In this document: positions 1-9,425 of the stretch, piece by piece | Position numbering within the stretch: the stretch's first letter is position 1 | Layout of the letters: each line of letters starts with the position of its first letter | DNA from: Candidatus Kapaibacterium sp. | GTDB lineage: Bacteria > Bacteroidota > Ignavibacteria > Kapaibacteriales > UBA2268 | Direction of reading: 5' to 3' | DNA length: 64,000 bases | NCBI GenBank assembly: GCA_963664875.1 | Contig: OY761611.1 | Location: forward strand, 1,600,001-1,664,000 | Translations under genes and position numbers: made by a program | Notes under the pieces: generated by a model | The model's input: the letters and a program-made list of their open reading frames with translations, nothing else | Databases searched by the model: none | Told to the model about the DNA's origin: nothing

Positions 1-477
1 AATTATCGCTTTGACATTTTCGTATAATTAATATTATCGCTTGACAAAAGAGAAAGTTTTTACTACATATTTAAAACTTATTTTCGCAAACAGCACCATT
101 TATTGAAGCAGCTAATATTGCTCAAATAGTGGCTAAATTTCTATAAATAATCACTTTTATTGTAATATATTGTATTAGCAACTCCATATTTTTGCCAATT
201 CAAATTATGATTTATACTTTGAGAATAGGATATAGATTTTTTTGAGGGAAGTATGCTTAAAAGCACTATTTTATTATTAGCTTTTATAGCTGTTACTTTT
301 GGTGTTGAATTTTTTTTATATTTTTTTTGAACAATTTTATTCAAAGTGATTATTGGCTACTTTTGGTAAGATATTAAATCTGTTTTGTGGGTTTATGCTA
401 TGACTTGGCAACTTTATCGAATCATTATTTTTTGTTTTACATGGGTTTTGCTTATTTCCGTAATCTCAGTAACCCTA

Positions 478-511
478 TAAAAATGCCCTGACCGATTTCC
501 CGGCAGGGCAT
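478..511 (-). terminator. Rho-independent terminator-like hairpin
   Basis: atgccctg(a)ccg...cgg-cagggcat stem with an A-run on its left, which is a U-tail on the minus strand. Confidence 0.5.
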
Positions 512-750
512 AATAATAATCCACACTAATTGTACTGTTTATTTGAATAATGGACTATTTGACTAAGATCATTGATTTTGCAGCTTTGTTTTGAGGCTGA
601 ACTCTTTCATATCATAATAACATGGTTTTATACTCCATAAGTAAAATTTAAACAAGAAACATTATCAACTTTATTATTCTCTTTTTTCCTCAATTTATTT
701 ATATTGTTTGCGATAGTGTGACAAAACAATTTATACTATAAGGTCAATCT

Positions 751-1488
751 ATGAACATTTGGAATTTAGAAGGCAGTACAGCGCTTGTAACCGGTGGCTC
801 TAAGGGTATAGGCAAAGCTATCTGTGAAGTTTTTGCAGGCTTAGGTGCTACTGTATTTAGGGTGGCACGCAACACAGATGAGTCAAATGATGCTAACATA
901 ATCAATATCTCTGCAGATATTACTACTCAAGATGGTATAAACAAAATAATGTCTGTACTCAATGATAAAGGCGGCAGACTGGATATACTTGTTAATAATG
1001 CAGGTACAAATATCAGAAAGAGAACAACAGACTTTGAAGACAGCGAAGTCGATTTCCTCTTTGAAACTAATTTTAAAGCTGCTTATAAACTCTGCAAAGA
1101 GTGCTATCCATTACTATCAAAATCGGATTATCCATCTATAATTAATATTGGCTCTCTCGCCGGCAAGCAGATAGTCAAAACAGGTGCGCCTTATGCTACT
1201 GCTAAGGCTGCTCTATCTCATCTTACCCGCTATCTATCGGTTGAGTGGGCAAAAGAGAAAATTCGGGTTAATGCGATAGAACCATGGTACATCGAAACGC
1301 CTCTGACCAAACCGGTTTTGGAGAATGAAGCGGCATTAGCGAAAATTTTGGACAGGACTCCATTGCAAAGAGTAGGCACTCCTGAGGAAATAGCAAATAC
1401 AGCTGCTTTCCTTGCGATGGGTGCTTCTTCCTATATTAGCGGACAGGTGATAGCAGTTGATGGAGCTGCAGGTATTTATATGTTTTAA
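751..1488 (+). CDS. SDR family oxidoreductase (tropinone reductase-like)
   Basis: TGGSKGIG Rossmann motif, NNAG, catalytic YxxxK (YATAK), and 'IRVNAIEPWYIETPL' typical of tropinone-reductase-like SDRs. Confidence 0.9.
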   Translation: MNIWNLEGSTALVTGGSKGIGKAICEVFAGLGATVFRVARNTDESNDANIINISADITTQDGINKIMSVLNDKGGRLDILVNNAGTNIRKRTTDFEDSEVDFLFETNFKAAYKLCKECYPLLSKSDYPSIINIGSLAGKQIVKTGAPYATAKAALSHLTRYLSVEWAKEKIRVNAIEPWYIETPLTKPVLENEAALAKILDRTPLQRVGTPEEIANTAAFLAMGASSYISGQVIAVDGAAGIYMF

Positions 1489-1506
1489 ATTTATACAAGA
1501 TAGTTA

Positions 1507-2268
1507 ATGATAAAATTTTTTGTAGTATTACTCCTTACTATATCAACGTACTCTGCTGTAGCACAGGTTAATACAGAAAAGCTAAGAAACGATGCACACG
1601 ATAGCGGTTTGTTTGCAGATTTCGATATTTCCGGAACTTTCACATCCGGCAATTCGGAATTTGTGAGATTCAATACAGGAGTGAGATTAGATTATATTGG
1701 ATCTGTTACTAATTCTTTTTTGATAGCAAAATTGGATTATAAAGAGGCTGATAACTCGATTTTGGTTAACAAGGGCTTTGTTCATTTAAGAAGTGCTCAT
1801 AGCTTAGCCGCACGCACTAAAATTGAGATATTTCTGCAAAAAGAATTCAACGAGTTTATTTCTCTGAAAGATAGAAATCTTGGCGGAGCCGGTTTTAGAT
1901 TTTTAATAGCAGAAAATAAAACTGATTCTTCGGCTGTGTCTTTTGCTTTTGGAGCCGGTCTGATGTATGAGGACGAAGATTTTAATGACAATGTTAAGGA
2001 AGATGCCGGTTTGGTGAGATCCACAAATTATCTCTCTTTAAATTGGAATATAGATAAACTCTTTTCTATCAAATCCGTCTCTTACTATCAAGTAGATGTA
2101 AGTAATTTTGACAATTACAGAGTGCTAAACGAATCAGATTTTTCAGTTAAAATATTCAAGAATCTGAGACTCTTTATGGGCTTGGAATATAGATACGACA
2201 GTCAGCCACCAATTGATGTAAAAAACTTCGATTTAGAAATAGTAAACGGAATAAGATTAACCCTTTAG
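1507..2268 (+). CDS. Outer-membrane beta-barrel protein (DUF481-like)
   Basis: Signal peptide, 'QVNTEKLR', 'SGNSE', alternating amphipathic strands. Confidence 0.7.
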   Translation: MIKFFVVLLLTISTYSAVAQVNTEKLRNDAHDSGLFADFDISGTFTSGNSEFVRFNTGVRLDYIGSVTNSFLIAKLDYKEADNSILVNKGFVHLRSAHSLAARTKIEIFLQKEFNEFISLKDRNLGGAGFRFLIAENKTDSSAVSFAFGAGLMYEDEDFNDNVKEDAGLVRSTNYLSLNWNIDKLFSIKSVSYYQVDVSNFDNYRVLNESDFSVKIFKNLRLFMGLEYRYDSQPPIDVKNFDLEIVNGIRLTL

Positions 2269-2279
2269 GATTATTTTTT

Positions 2280-2639
2280 ATGGATATAGAATCTTTAAGA
2301 GAATACTGTTTATCAAAAAAAGGAACAAGTGAAGATTTTCCTTTTGATGAGACTACTTTATGCTTTAGAGTCGGAGGCAAAATATTTTGCATAACTGATA
2401 CACATTCTCTTCCTTTTTCATTCAATTTGAAGTGTGACCCTGAGTGGGCTGTTTCTCTAAGAGAGCAATATGACAATATTCAGCCGGGCTGGCACATGAA
2501 TAAGAAGCATTGGAACACTGTTCAGCCTGATGAAGCAATTCCTTTTGAGCTTCTTAGACAAATGATAGATGAATCCTACAATCTTGTATTTAAAAGTCTA
2601 AAAAAAGCAGACCGAGATAAAATTTTGTCGGAAGATTAG
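2280..2639 (+). CDS. MmcQ/YjbR family DNA-binding protein
   Basis: 'EDFPFDE', 'NLKCDPE', 'PGWHMNKKHWNTV' family signature. Confidence 0.93.
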   Translation: MDIESLREYCLSKKGTSEDFPFDETTLCFRVGGKIFCITDTHSLPFSFNLKCDPEWAVSLREQYDNIQPGWHMNKKHWNTVQPDEAIPFELLRQMIDESYNLVFKSLKKADRDKILSED

Positions 2640-2737
2640 AGACGCACTTATAAGTTAGACTTTCTTTGATTGAATTTATAATTTAATCTGGACATCTGCG
2701 TTTGTCCAATTTGAACTTAATCAGGAGATATAATATT

Positions 2738-2974
2738 ATGGCAGACACATTATTCGATAGAGTAAACGAAGTCATCGAAAAAGATATTAAACATTTTATC
2801 GAAGCAGACGGTGGCTATATCAATCTAAACAGAGTAGAAGACGGTATAGTTTATGTAACTCTTGCCGGCGCTTGTGCTACATGCCCTGCAGCAAGTATGA
2901 CTTTACGTGGCGGTGTAGAAAGAATCCTAAAAAGCAAAATAGATGAGATTCTTGCTGTAGAAATGGGAGAATAA
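2738..2974 (+). CDS. NifU C-terminal domain (NfuA-like) Fe-S carrier protein
   Basis: 'ADGG..L', 'GACATCPAASMTL' CxxC motif; ATG at 2738 preceded by AGGAG. Confidence 0.9.
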   Translation: MADTLFDRVNEVIEKDIKHFIEADGGYINLNRVEDGIVYVTLAGACATCPAASMTLRGGVERILKSKIDEILAVEMGE

Positions 2975-3005
2975 TCCCAAAAAGAGATGTCTTATAACGC
3001 ATTAT

Positions 3006-3055
3006 AAAAAAACTCCTACTTTGCAATGGATGCTATAAGAGTAGGAGTTTTTTTT
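3006..3055. terminator. Bidirectional intrinsic terminator between nifU-like gene and nuoB
   Basis: aaaaaaactcctact ... agtaggagttttttt inverted repeat between convergent genes. Confidence 0.8.
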
Positions 3056-3074
3056 ATATTTATTTTGCAAAGAA

Positions 3075-3641
3075 TTAGATGATAATCTTCGCATTATCAG
3101 AATCAAAGTAAGCAGCTTCTTTGTTTGGTAAAGGCATCTTAGAAACATCTTTACCAAAGTTGGCTATATCAGGTCTGTGTACTTTTTGAATTTTTTCCTG
3201 AATAGTCATAAGCCCTTTTATTACAGCTTCCGGTCTTGGCGGGCAACCTGCTACATAAACATCAACAGGTAAAAATTCATCAATACCCTGCACTACAGGA
3301 TAGCTTCTGAACATACCGCCGGAAGAAGCACAAACGCCCATAGCCATTACCCATTTAGGGTCAGGCATCTGGTCATAAATTTTTCTAACTACCCAAGCCA
3401 TTTTATAAGTAACCGTGCCGGCTACAATTAAGAAATCAGATTGGCGAGGAGTCATACGAAAAACCTCAGATCCGAAGCGGGCTACGTCAAAACGAGAAGA
3501 AGCAAACGCCATCATTTCGATACCGCAGCATGAAATGCCAAGCGGCATAGGCCATGCGGAGTTTTTCTGAGCCCATTTAAGAACCTGTCCGAAGGATGTG
3601 GTCAGGAAGCCATCTCTTTCCAAAGTTTCATTTAGTCCCAA
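3075..3641 (-). CDS. nuoB: NADH-quinone oxidoreductase subunit B
   Basis: '[10 protein letters not shown]', 'PRQSD', 'GVCASSGG', 'GCPPRPE'; likely TTG start (MGLNETLE) overlapping the nuoA end. Confidence 0.95.
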   Translation of the reverse strand: MGLNETLERDGFLTTSFGQVLKWAQKNSAWPMPLGISCCGIEMMAFASSRFDVARFGSEVFRMTPRQSDFLIVAGTVTYKMAWVVRKIYDQMPDPKWVMAMGVCASSGGMFRSYPVVQGIDEFLPVDVYVAGCPPRPEAVIKGLMTIQEKIQKVHRPDIANFGKDVSKMPLPNKEAAYFDSDNAKIII

Positions 3642-3988
3642 TTCAAGCCTCCTTTCTTCAATTCCCAAAAATATCCTAAGAATAAAATCACGATAAATAC
3701 AGTCATAGCCCAAAATGCGGTTAGTCCCATATCTCCGAGGCTTACTGCCCAAGGGTACATGAAGACTACTTCTATATCAAACACAATGAATGATACTGCT
3801 ACCATATAGAACTTAACGGAAAATCTATCCCTGGCAGTGCCTACAGGTTCCATACCGCTTTCGTAAGTTGTAACTTTGCCCGGAGTGCCTCTTCGAGCTC
3901 CTAACCATTCGGATAGTAGAAGAAACAAACCCGCTACAGCAAAGCCAACTATCAACATGATAATTAATGGTAAGTATTCGCCTAACAT
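3632..3988 (-). CDS. nuoA: NADH-quinone oxidoreductase subunit A
   Basis: 'YESGMEP', '[24 protein letters not shown]', 'KKGGLNWD'. Confidence 0.96.
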   Translation of the reverse strand: MLGEYLPLIIMLIVGFAVAGLFLLLSEWLGARRGTPGKVTTYESGMEPVGTARDRFSVKFYMVAVSFIVFDIEVVFMYPWAVSLGDMGLTAFWAMTVFIVILFLGYFWELKKGGLNWD

Positions 3989-4010
3989 AATGCTTTCTCT
4001 AAAAATAAAA

Positions 4011-4074
4011 TACTCTGATAGAACAACACGCTACAAAACCGTTTTTGTTGTATAAATATTGTTCTATCAGAGTA
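4011..4074. repeat. Perfect 16-bp inverted repeat just upstream of nuoA (terminator/attenuator-like)
   Basis: tactctgatagaacaa (4011-4026) / ttgttctatcagagta (4059-4074); a U-rich tail follows on the minus strand. Confidence 0.75.
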
Positions 4075-4091
4075 AAAAAATATTGGTAAAT

Positions 4092-4826
4092 CTACAGAGC
4101 AAAAATTAGTCTTAATACCTCAGCACCCTTTTGAGCAAGGAATTTATATCCTAAAAATGTGCCAAAGCCAATGAATGTAAATCCTGTAAATTGACGGATT
4201 TTACCAAGTAGCTTCGGAGACATTCTGTCTTTGTAACGGATAATAATTTTAACTAAGGTGTAGAGCCAAGCAAAATTACCTAATCCAAATCCTATAGAAA
4301 ACATTAGGCTGCTGATAGCATTTACATCGTACAAATTGTGATCCAATGCATAAGATTTCACAGCAGAAACTATAAAAGTCAAAGAAGGCAAAAATGTAGG
4401 ATTAGGGATGTTTGTTAGTGCTATGGCAATACCTAAAAGGAAAGGACCTTTGTTTTTGAGGTATCTGATAATTTTTGAGTTAGAATATTCAGCGGGGTTT
4501 TGCAAAACCTCTCCGCTTTGGGAGTCTGTTTTTCTGACATTAAAAATGCCATATATAAAAAGAGCTATTATTATTGCGATTTGAACAAACAAGTATAAGT
4601 TCGGATAGTCATCAGTAAATCCCCCCAATGCGGCTTGGACAGCAGTAGCCATAGACATAGCGAAAACACAGAAGATGAAATCCATAAATCCTGTGCCCAA
4701 TGCTAAGTGAGTCCCGGCTTTACTGCCTTTATTGACCCCCATATTTATTGCCATTACTCCGACCGGCCCCGGCGGCATCGCCAGGAAAAAGCCTGTCAAA
4801 AATCCGGCTAATATGGCTATAATCAA
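4092..4826 (-). CDS. LysE family translocator
   Basis: N-terminal 'AMPPGPVG', 'LTNIPNP', multiple transmembrane segments. Confidence 0.8.
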   Translation of the reverse strand: MIIAILAGFLTGFFLAMPPGPVGVMAINMGVNKGSKAGTHLALGTGFMDFIFCVFAMSMATAVQAALGGFTDDYPNLYLFVQIAIIIALFIYGIFNVRKTDSQSGEVLQNPAEYSNSKIIRYLKNKGPFLLGIAIALTNIPNPTFLPSLTFIVSAVKSYALDHNLYDVNAISSLMFSIGFGLGNFAWLYTLVKIIIRYKDRMSPKLLGKIRQFTGFTFIGFGTFLGYKFLAQKGAEVLRLIFAL

Positions 4827-5302
4827 TTGAACCTCGATATGTTTTTAATATATTTGATGCGTAAATAAAAGCAAAATCGCTTTTTATTTATACTATTTTG
4901 TATCGGCTTTTAGCCCATACTGTTTAATATATTCCACACAATATATAGAATGACAGTGTAATAACCAAAAAATTACACAAATTATTTTACACAATCTTCA
5001 TAACACATTGATATATATAGCTATTATGATTGTAAAAAATATTTAACATTTTTTGCTTTTTAGCATTGCCTTGCACTTTGTTTTAGATTATCCTGTTTGT
5101 TTTTCGTAAATTTATCTTGAAATATTACGTCGAAAGAATAAAAAGAGTGGCATACGAAGCATCACGAAGTGGAAAATGATTCCACTTCATTTAAAGCAAA
5201 ACTATCAGCTCTTGAATTCTGCTATCTTCCAAAGCGAAACTCAAAAGCATATTCTTCGACTCTACCAGGCAAAAGATTTTATCCAAATAGAAAGAAAACA
5301 AT

Positions 5303-6181
5303 ATGAAAACGGTTTACGAAACTAACTTTCCCGACATAAAGCTGCTACGAAAAGGCAAAGTAAGAGAAGTTTACGAAGTTGAGGATTTTATACTTTTTGT
5401 AGCTTCAGACAGAATCTCTGCGTTTGATGTAATTATGAATGAACCTGTTCCCGGCAAAGGTGCATTGCTTTCTGCAATTTCAAAATTTTGGTTTGAAAAA
5501 ACAACAGGTATAATTCCTAATCATTTCATTTCTGATGATGTAAACGAATACCCTGAAGTTTGCAAGCAATATGCTGAAGACTTGGAAGGCAGATCTATGC
5601 TTGTTAAAAAAGCAAAACCACTACCTGTAGAATTTGTTGTCAGAGGCTACGTCGCAGGCTCAGGATGGAAAGAATATCAGCAAACAGGAGAAATTACCGG
5701 AATTAAGCTCCCAGAAGGATTGAAAAAATACAGTAAATTGCCTGAGCCAATTTTCACACCTGCCACAAAAGCAGAAGAAGGACATGATGAAAACATCAAT
5801 TTTGAGCAATGTTCTGAAATTCTGGGTGAAGAGATGGCTGCAAAGTTGAGAGATATATCTATCGCTTTGTATAATTTCGGAGCTGAGTATTTAGATAGCA
5901 AAGGAATTATTCTTTGTGACACAAAATTTGAGTTTGGTCAGTTGGAAGACGGTAGTCTTATTTTGATTGATGAAGCACTAACTCCTGACTCTTCAAGATT
6001 TTGGCTTAAATCAGAATGGGAGCCCGGAAAAGAAGTAGTAAACTTTGACAAACAAGTTCTAAGAGACTATCTGGAAACTTTGGACTGGGACAAACAGCCC
6101 CCAGCACCTGCATTGCCACAAGAGATAATCGACAAAGCTCTATCTAAGTATAAGCTGGCTTACGACAAGATAGTAGGTTAG
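5303..6181 (+). CDS. purC: Phosphoribosylaminoimidazole-succinocarboxamide synthase
   Basis: 'KGKVREVY', 'SDRISAFD', 'FTPATKAEEGHDENI', 'DTKFEFG', 'DEALTPDSSRFW'. Confidence 0.97.
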   Translation: MKTVYETNFPDIKLLRKGKVREVYEVEDFILFVASDRISAFDVIMNEPVPGKGALLSAISKFWFEKTTGIIPNHFISDDVNEYPEVCKQYAEDLEGRSMLVKKAKPLPVEFVVRGYVAGSGWKEYQQTGEITGIKLPEGLKKYSKLPEPIFTPATKAEEGHDENINFEQCSEILGEEMAAKLRDISIALYNFGAEYLDSKGIILCDTKFEFGQLEDGSLILIDEALTPDSSRFWLKSEWEPGKEVVNFDKQVLRDYLETLDWDKQPPAPALPQEIIDKALSKYKLAYDKIVG

Positions 6182-6206
6182 TCGAACATTACATACAGAA
6201 ATAAAC

Positions 6207-6246
6207 GAAGAGGGCAGAATATAACATATTTTGCCCTTTCATTTTT
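6207..6246. terminator. Intrinsic terminator between purC and the recombinase-like gene
   Basis: agggcagaatat-aac-atattttgccct hairpin between convergent genes. Confidence 0.65.
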
Positions 6247-6271
6247 AGATTACTCATAATTTGAAACTTCG

Positions 6272-7186
6272 CTATATATCGTAGTTCGCAGCAATTTCTT
6301 TGTATTTGATAGCCAATCTGTCAGTTTTGAGACCGAAGCGCTTCATGATTGCCTCAGTTGATCTGTACTTTGTAGCAAATATGACAGCCGAAGTATGCTT
6401 GATTATACTTGGTGTCAAATCGCTATGATTTCTCAAAAGTACTTTCTTGTCACTTAAGATGGTATCAATAATCAATCTCACAGCACGATCAGACAGACGT
6501 CTGAAAGCCGTACGGTTGCTGTAACTCAAAAACAAAGGAAGTTCCTCAGTGCCGGGCAGCAATCTTAATCTTAAATACTGCTCAAAAAGATCATTATACT
6601 TGACATCAAAACTCATTTTTTTGAGTGAAATATCAGGCAGACTGTCATATTTCAAGTACCATTTTTGCCTAAATTTATAAAAATCCGGAACATTTAGAGC
6701 AGTAATTTCATCTGCCCTGACAGAACCGAAAAGCATAATAGCCAAAAGCGTATAATCACGCAAATGGTAGGCATCATTATAATTTATACCTGAAAATATA
6801 AGATCAATATCTGACGGAGTAAGATATGTGATTTCTTTTTGGCTGTAGTCGTTTGCACACTGCACCCTTTTTGCAGGGTTTTTATCTAAAACCCCTTTGC
6901 TAATCAGAAAGTTGAAAAACTGTCTGATCGAAGTAAAATAAGACCTTACCGATAACGAACGGAGCTGTTTCTCCTCTTCCAAATAAGACTTATACCTTAC
7001 AACATCTTCTACTCGGAAAAAGAAGCTGTTATTTCTGGCAAAAAAGGTAGAAAATTCTTTTAATAATCTTTTATAAGTAATTTTCGTATCTTCGCTACCA
7101 TAGTTATAAGTATTTAGGAACTCGTCGATATATCGGGAAAGTTCTTCCTGCGATATTTCTATCTTTTCAAAACTATCCTGGATCAT
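6272..7186 (-). CDS. XerC/D-like tyrosine recombinase homologue with degenerate catalytic motifs
   Basis: N-terminal SAM-like domain ('SIRQFFNFL...NPAK'), 'RDYTLLAIMLFGSVRADEI', 'LFLS', 'LTPSIIKHT' in place of TPHxLRH, 'RFGL' in place of LGH, Tyr in 'IKY'. Confidence 0.8.
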   Translation of the reverse strand: MIQDSFEKIEISQEELSRYIDEFLNTYNYGSEDTKITYKRLLKEFSTFFARNNSFFFRVEDVVRYKSYLEEEKQLRSLSVRSYFTSIRQFFNFLISKGVLDKNPAKRVQCANDYSQKEITYLTPSDIDLIFSGINYNDAYHLRDYTLLAIMLFGSVRADEITALNVPDFYKFRQKWYLKYDSLPDISLKKMSFDVKYNDLFEQYLRLRLLPGTEELPLFLSYSNRTAFRRLSDRAVRLIIDTILSDKKVLLRNHSDLTPSIIKHTSAVIFATKYRSTEAIMKRFGLKTDRLAIKYKEIAANYDI

Positions 7187-7325
7187 AAGAAATAATGAAC
7201 GATTGTTATACGTTGTTGACTTTTCAAAAATAGCAAATCTAAGTTCAATATAAAAATTAAATTTGCAAAAAGTACTAAAAAAAATAAGATACTACAGATT
7301 ATAAAGAGTAAATAATTTAAATACT

Positions 7326-8750
7326 ATGAGTAAAAACCGAACCAATACAGAAATCACATTAGAAATAAGTGCTTTAGGCTTCGAAGGCGGAGCGATAGCA
7401 AAAAAGGACGACATGGTTTATTTTGTCAAAGGTGCAGTACCCGGAGATAAAGTTAACGCCATAATAACAAAAAAAAAGAAAAACTTCCGTGAAGCCTTTA
7501 CAAAAGAAATCATAGAATATTCAGCTGACAGAGTAGAACCAAAATGCGAACATTTTGGGGTATGCGGTGGTTGCAAATGGCAGCAGCTCAATTACGAAAA
7601 GCAACTCTACTGGAAGAGACAGCACGTCAAAGATGCGTTTGAAAGAATAGCCAAAGTAGAATATGGAACTCTATGCGAGACGATGCCCTCCCCTAATATA
7701 TTTAATTACAGAAACAAAATGGAATTCTCGTTTGGTGGTTCTCGCTGGGTAACTGACGAAGAGATAGCAAACAATACTGAAATAGCTCACAAAGATTTTG
7801 GGCTTGGTCTGCATATCCCGGGAAGGTTTGACAAAATACTGGATGTAAACAGGTGCCACCTTCAGGTAGATTCTGCGAATGAAATCCTTACTTTATGCAG
7901 GAATAAAGCTTTAGAACTGGGAGTGCCTGCATACAATCAGAAAACACACGAAGGATTCCTTCGCAACCTCATGATTCGCTCGACTTTGGCAAATAGTGAG
8001 ATATTGGCATTACTTATCACTAATACACCAAAAAACGAAGCAGAAGAAAACTACCTCAAATGGTTTTCCAATGATTTGATTAGCTTAGCTCCTCAGCTTA
8101 CCAATCTCGGCACTGCTATCAATGATACAAAATCACCTGTAACAATAAAAAGTATTAAGTTTTATCACGGGAAAGACTACATTTCCGAAAATATTCTGGG
8201 CGTTGAATATCAGATTTCACCAACATCCTTTTTCCAAACCAACTCGTTCCATTTAGATGGCTTTATAGGTGAGATTATAGATTATGCCGGGGATATATCG
8301 GAAAAAGTAGTTTGGGATTTGTATTGCGGCACCGGCTCAATCACTCTTCCTACAGCCAAAAGATGCAAAGAGATATATGGAATAGAACTTGTAGAAAGTT
8401 CGATTACTGATGCAAAAGCAAATGCTGAAAGAAATCAAATAAGCAATGCAGAGTTTTTCTGTGCTGATTTACATCTGAAAGAGACACCCGAGCTATTAGA
8501 AAAGCTACCGAGCCCCGATGTAATAATAATTGATCCGCCAAGAGCCGGAATGCACAAAAATCTGATACCTCACATCTTACAGGCAAATGCCAAAACAATC
8601 GTCTATGTGAGTTGCAATCCGGCAACGCAGGCAAGGGATTGTGAATTACTATCAGAGAAGTATGAGGTAAGAAAAGTGCAACCTGTAGATATGTTTCCTC
8701 ATACCTATCATGTAGAATCAATAGCATTACTGGAAAGAAAGGAAGGATGA
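7326..8750 (+). CDS. rlmD: 23S rRNA (uracil-C5)-methyltransferase RlmD/RumA
   Basis: TRAM domain, 'CEHFGVCGGC' Fe-S motif, 'SFFQTN', 'DLYCGTG', 'DPPRAG', 'YVSCNPATQARD', 'DMFPHTYHVE'. Confidence 0.95.
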   Translation: MSKNRTNTEITLEISALGFEGGAIAKKDDMVYFVKGAVPGDKVNAIITKKKKNFREAFTKEIIEYSADRVEPKCEHFGVCGGCKWQQLNYEKQLYWKRQHVKDAFERIAKVEYGTLCETMPSPNIFNYRNKMEFSFGGSRWVTDEEIANNTEIAHKDFGLGLHIPGRFDKILDVNRCHLQVDSANEILTLCRNKALELGVPAYNQKTHEGFLRNLMIRSTLANSEILALLITNTPKNEAEENYLKWFSNDLISLAPQLTNLGTAINDTKSPVTIKSIKFYHGKDYISENILGVEYQISPTSFFQTNSFHLDGFIGEIIDYAGDISEKVVWDLYCGTGSITLPTAKRCKEIYGIELVESSITDAKANAERNQISNAEFFCADLHLKETPELLEKLPSPDVIIIDPPRAGMHKNLIPHILQANAKTIVYVSCNPATQARDCELLSEKYEVRKVQPVDMFPHTYHVESIALLERKEG

Positions 8751-8754
8751 TAAA

Positions 8755-9405
8755 TTGAAATATAATATTTCTGAAATATTTTATTCTGTGCAGGGCGAAG
8801 GCAGCAGAGCCGGTCGCCCTTGTGTATTTCTAAGGTTGCAGGGATGCGACTTGCGTTGCTCTTGGTGCGACACTCCATACGCTTTGGAAATCAAAGAAAC
8901 TGCCACTCTGATGAGTTTAGAAGAAATACTTGGGGCTATAGCAAAATTCGATTGCAACCTTATAAATATCACCGGCGGTGAACCTTTAATCCACAAAAAC
9001 ATAAATATAATAATAGATGCTCTTCTTGCAAGAGATTTCGAAGTTACAATCGAAACTAATGGACATGCTGATATATCTATAGCAAATGATGCAATCAGAA
9101 TAATGGATTTGAAGTGTCCCGATTCCGGAATGTCAAAATTCAATAATTTCAAAAATATAGATTATATTAGTAAAAAAGATGAAATCAAATTTGTTGTAGC
9201 TTCTAAAGCAGATTTCGACTGGGCAATGAAAATAATCGGGGACTACAATCTTGAAAGCAAAGCCGGTGATATTTTTATTTCACCCGTATTTGGTAAAATT
9301 GATTTGGAAGAGCTGGCTAATCTGGTAATTCATTCGGGCAAGAGAATACGAATGCAGCTTCAGATGCACAAGTTTATTTGGGATCCCGACAAACGTGGTG
9401 TATAA
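8755..9405 (+). CDS. queE: 7-carboxy-7-deazaguanine synthase (radical SAM)
   Basis: 'EIFYSVQGEG', 'GCDLRCSWCDT', 'ITGGEP', 'IETNG', 'LQMHKFIW'. Confidence 0.93.
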   Translation: MKYNISEIFYSVQGEGSRAGRPCVFLRLQGCDLRCSWCDTPYALEIKETATLMSLEEILGAIAKFDCNLINITGGEPLIHKNINIIIDALLARDFEVTIETNGHADISIANDAIRIMDLKCPDSGMSKFNNFKNIDYISKKDEIKFVVASKADFDWAMKIIGDYNLESKAGDIFISPVFGKIDLEELANLVIHSGKRIRMQLQMHKFIWDPDKRGV

Positions 9406-9425
9406 TTATATCCTCAGGTGTTTCT

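Noticed and set aside
3642-3752. N-terminal extension of NuoB in the ORF track
   Set aside because: Overlaps nuoA; a TTG start at 3641 gives a typical NuoB N-terminus.
6272-7186. Prophage or integrative element marked by the integrase-like gene
   Set aside because: Flanks are housekeeping genes; no phage or conjugation genes or att repeats; catalytic motifs are degenerate.
8755-9405. queE as part of a 7-deazaguanine DNA-modification (dpd) defence island
   Set aside because: No dpdA/tgt-like or other que genes nearby; housekeeping context.
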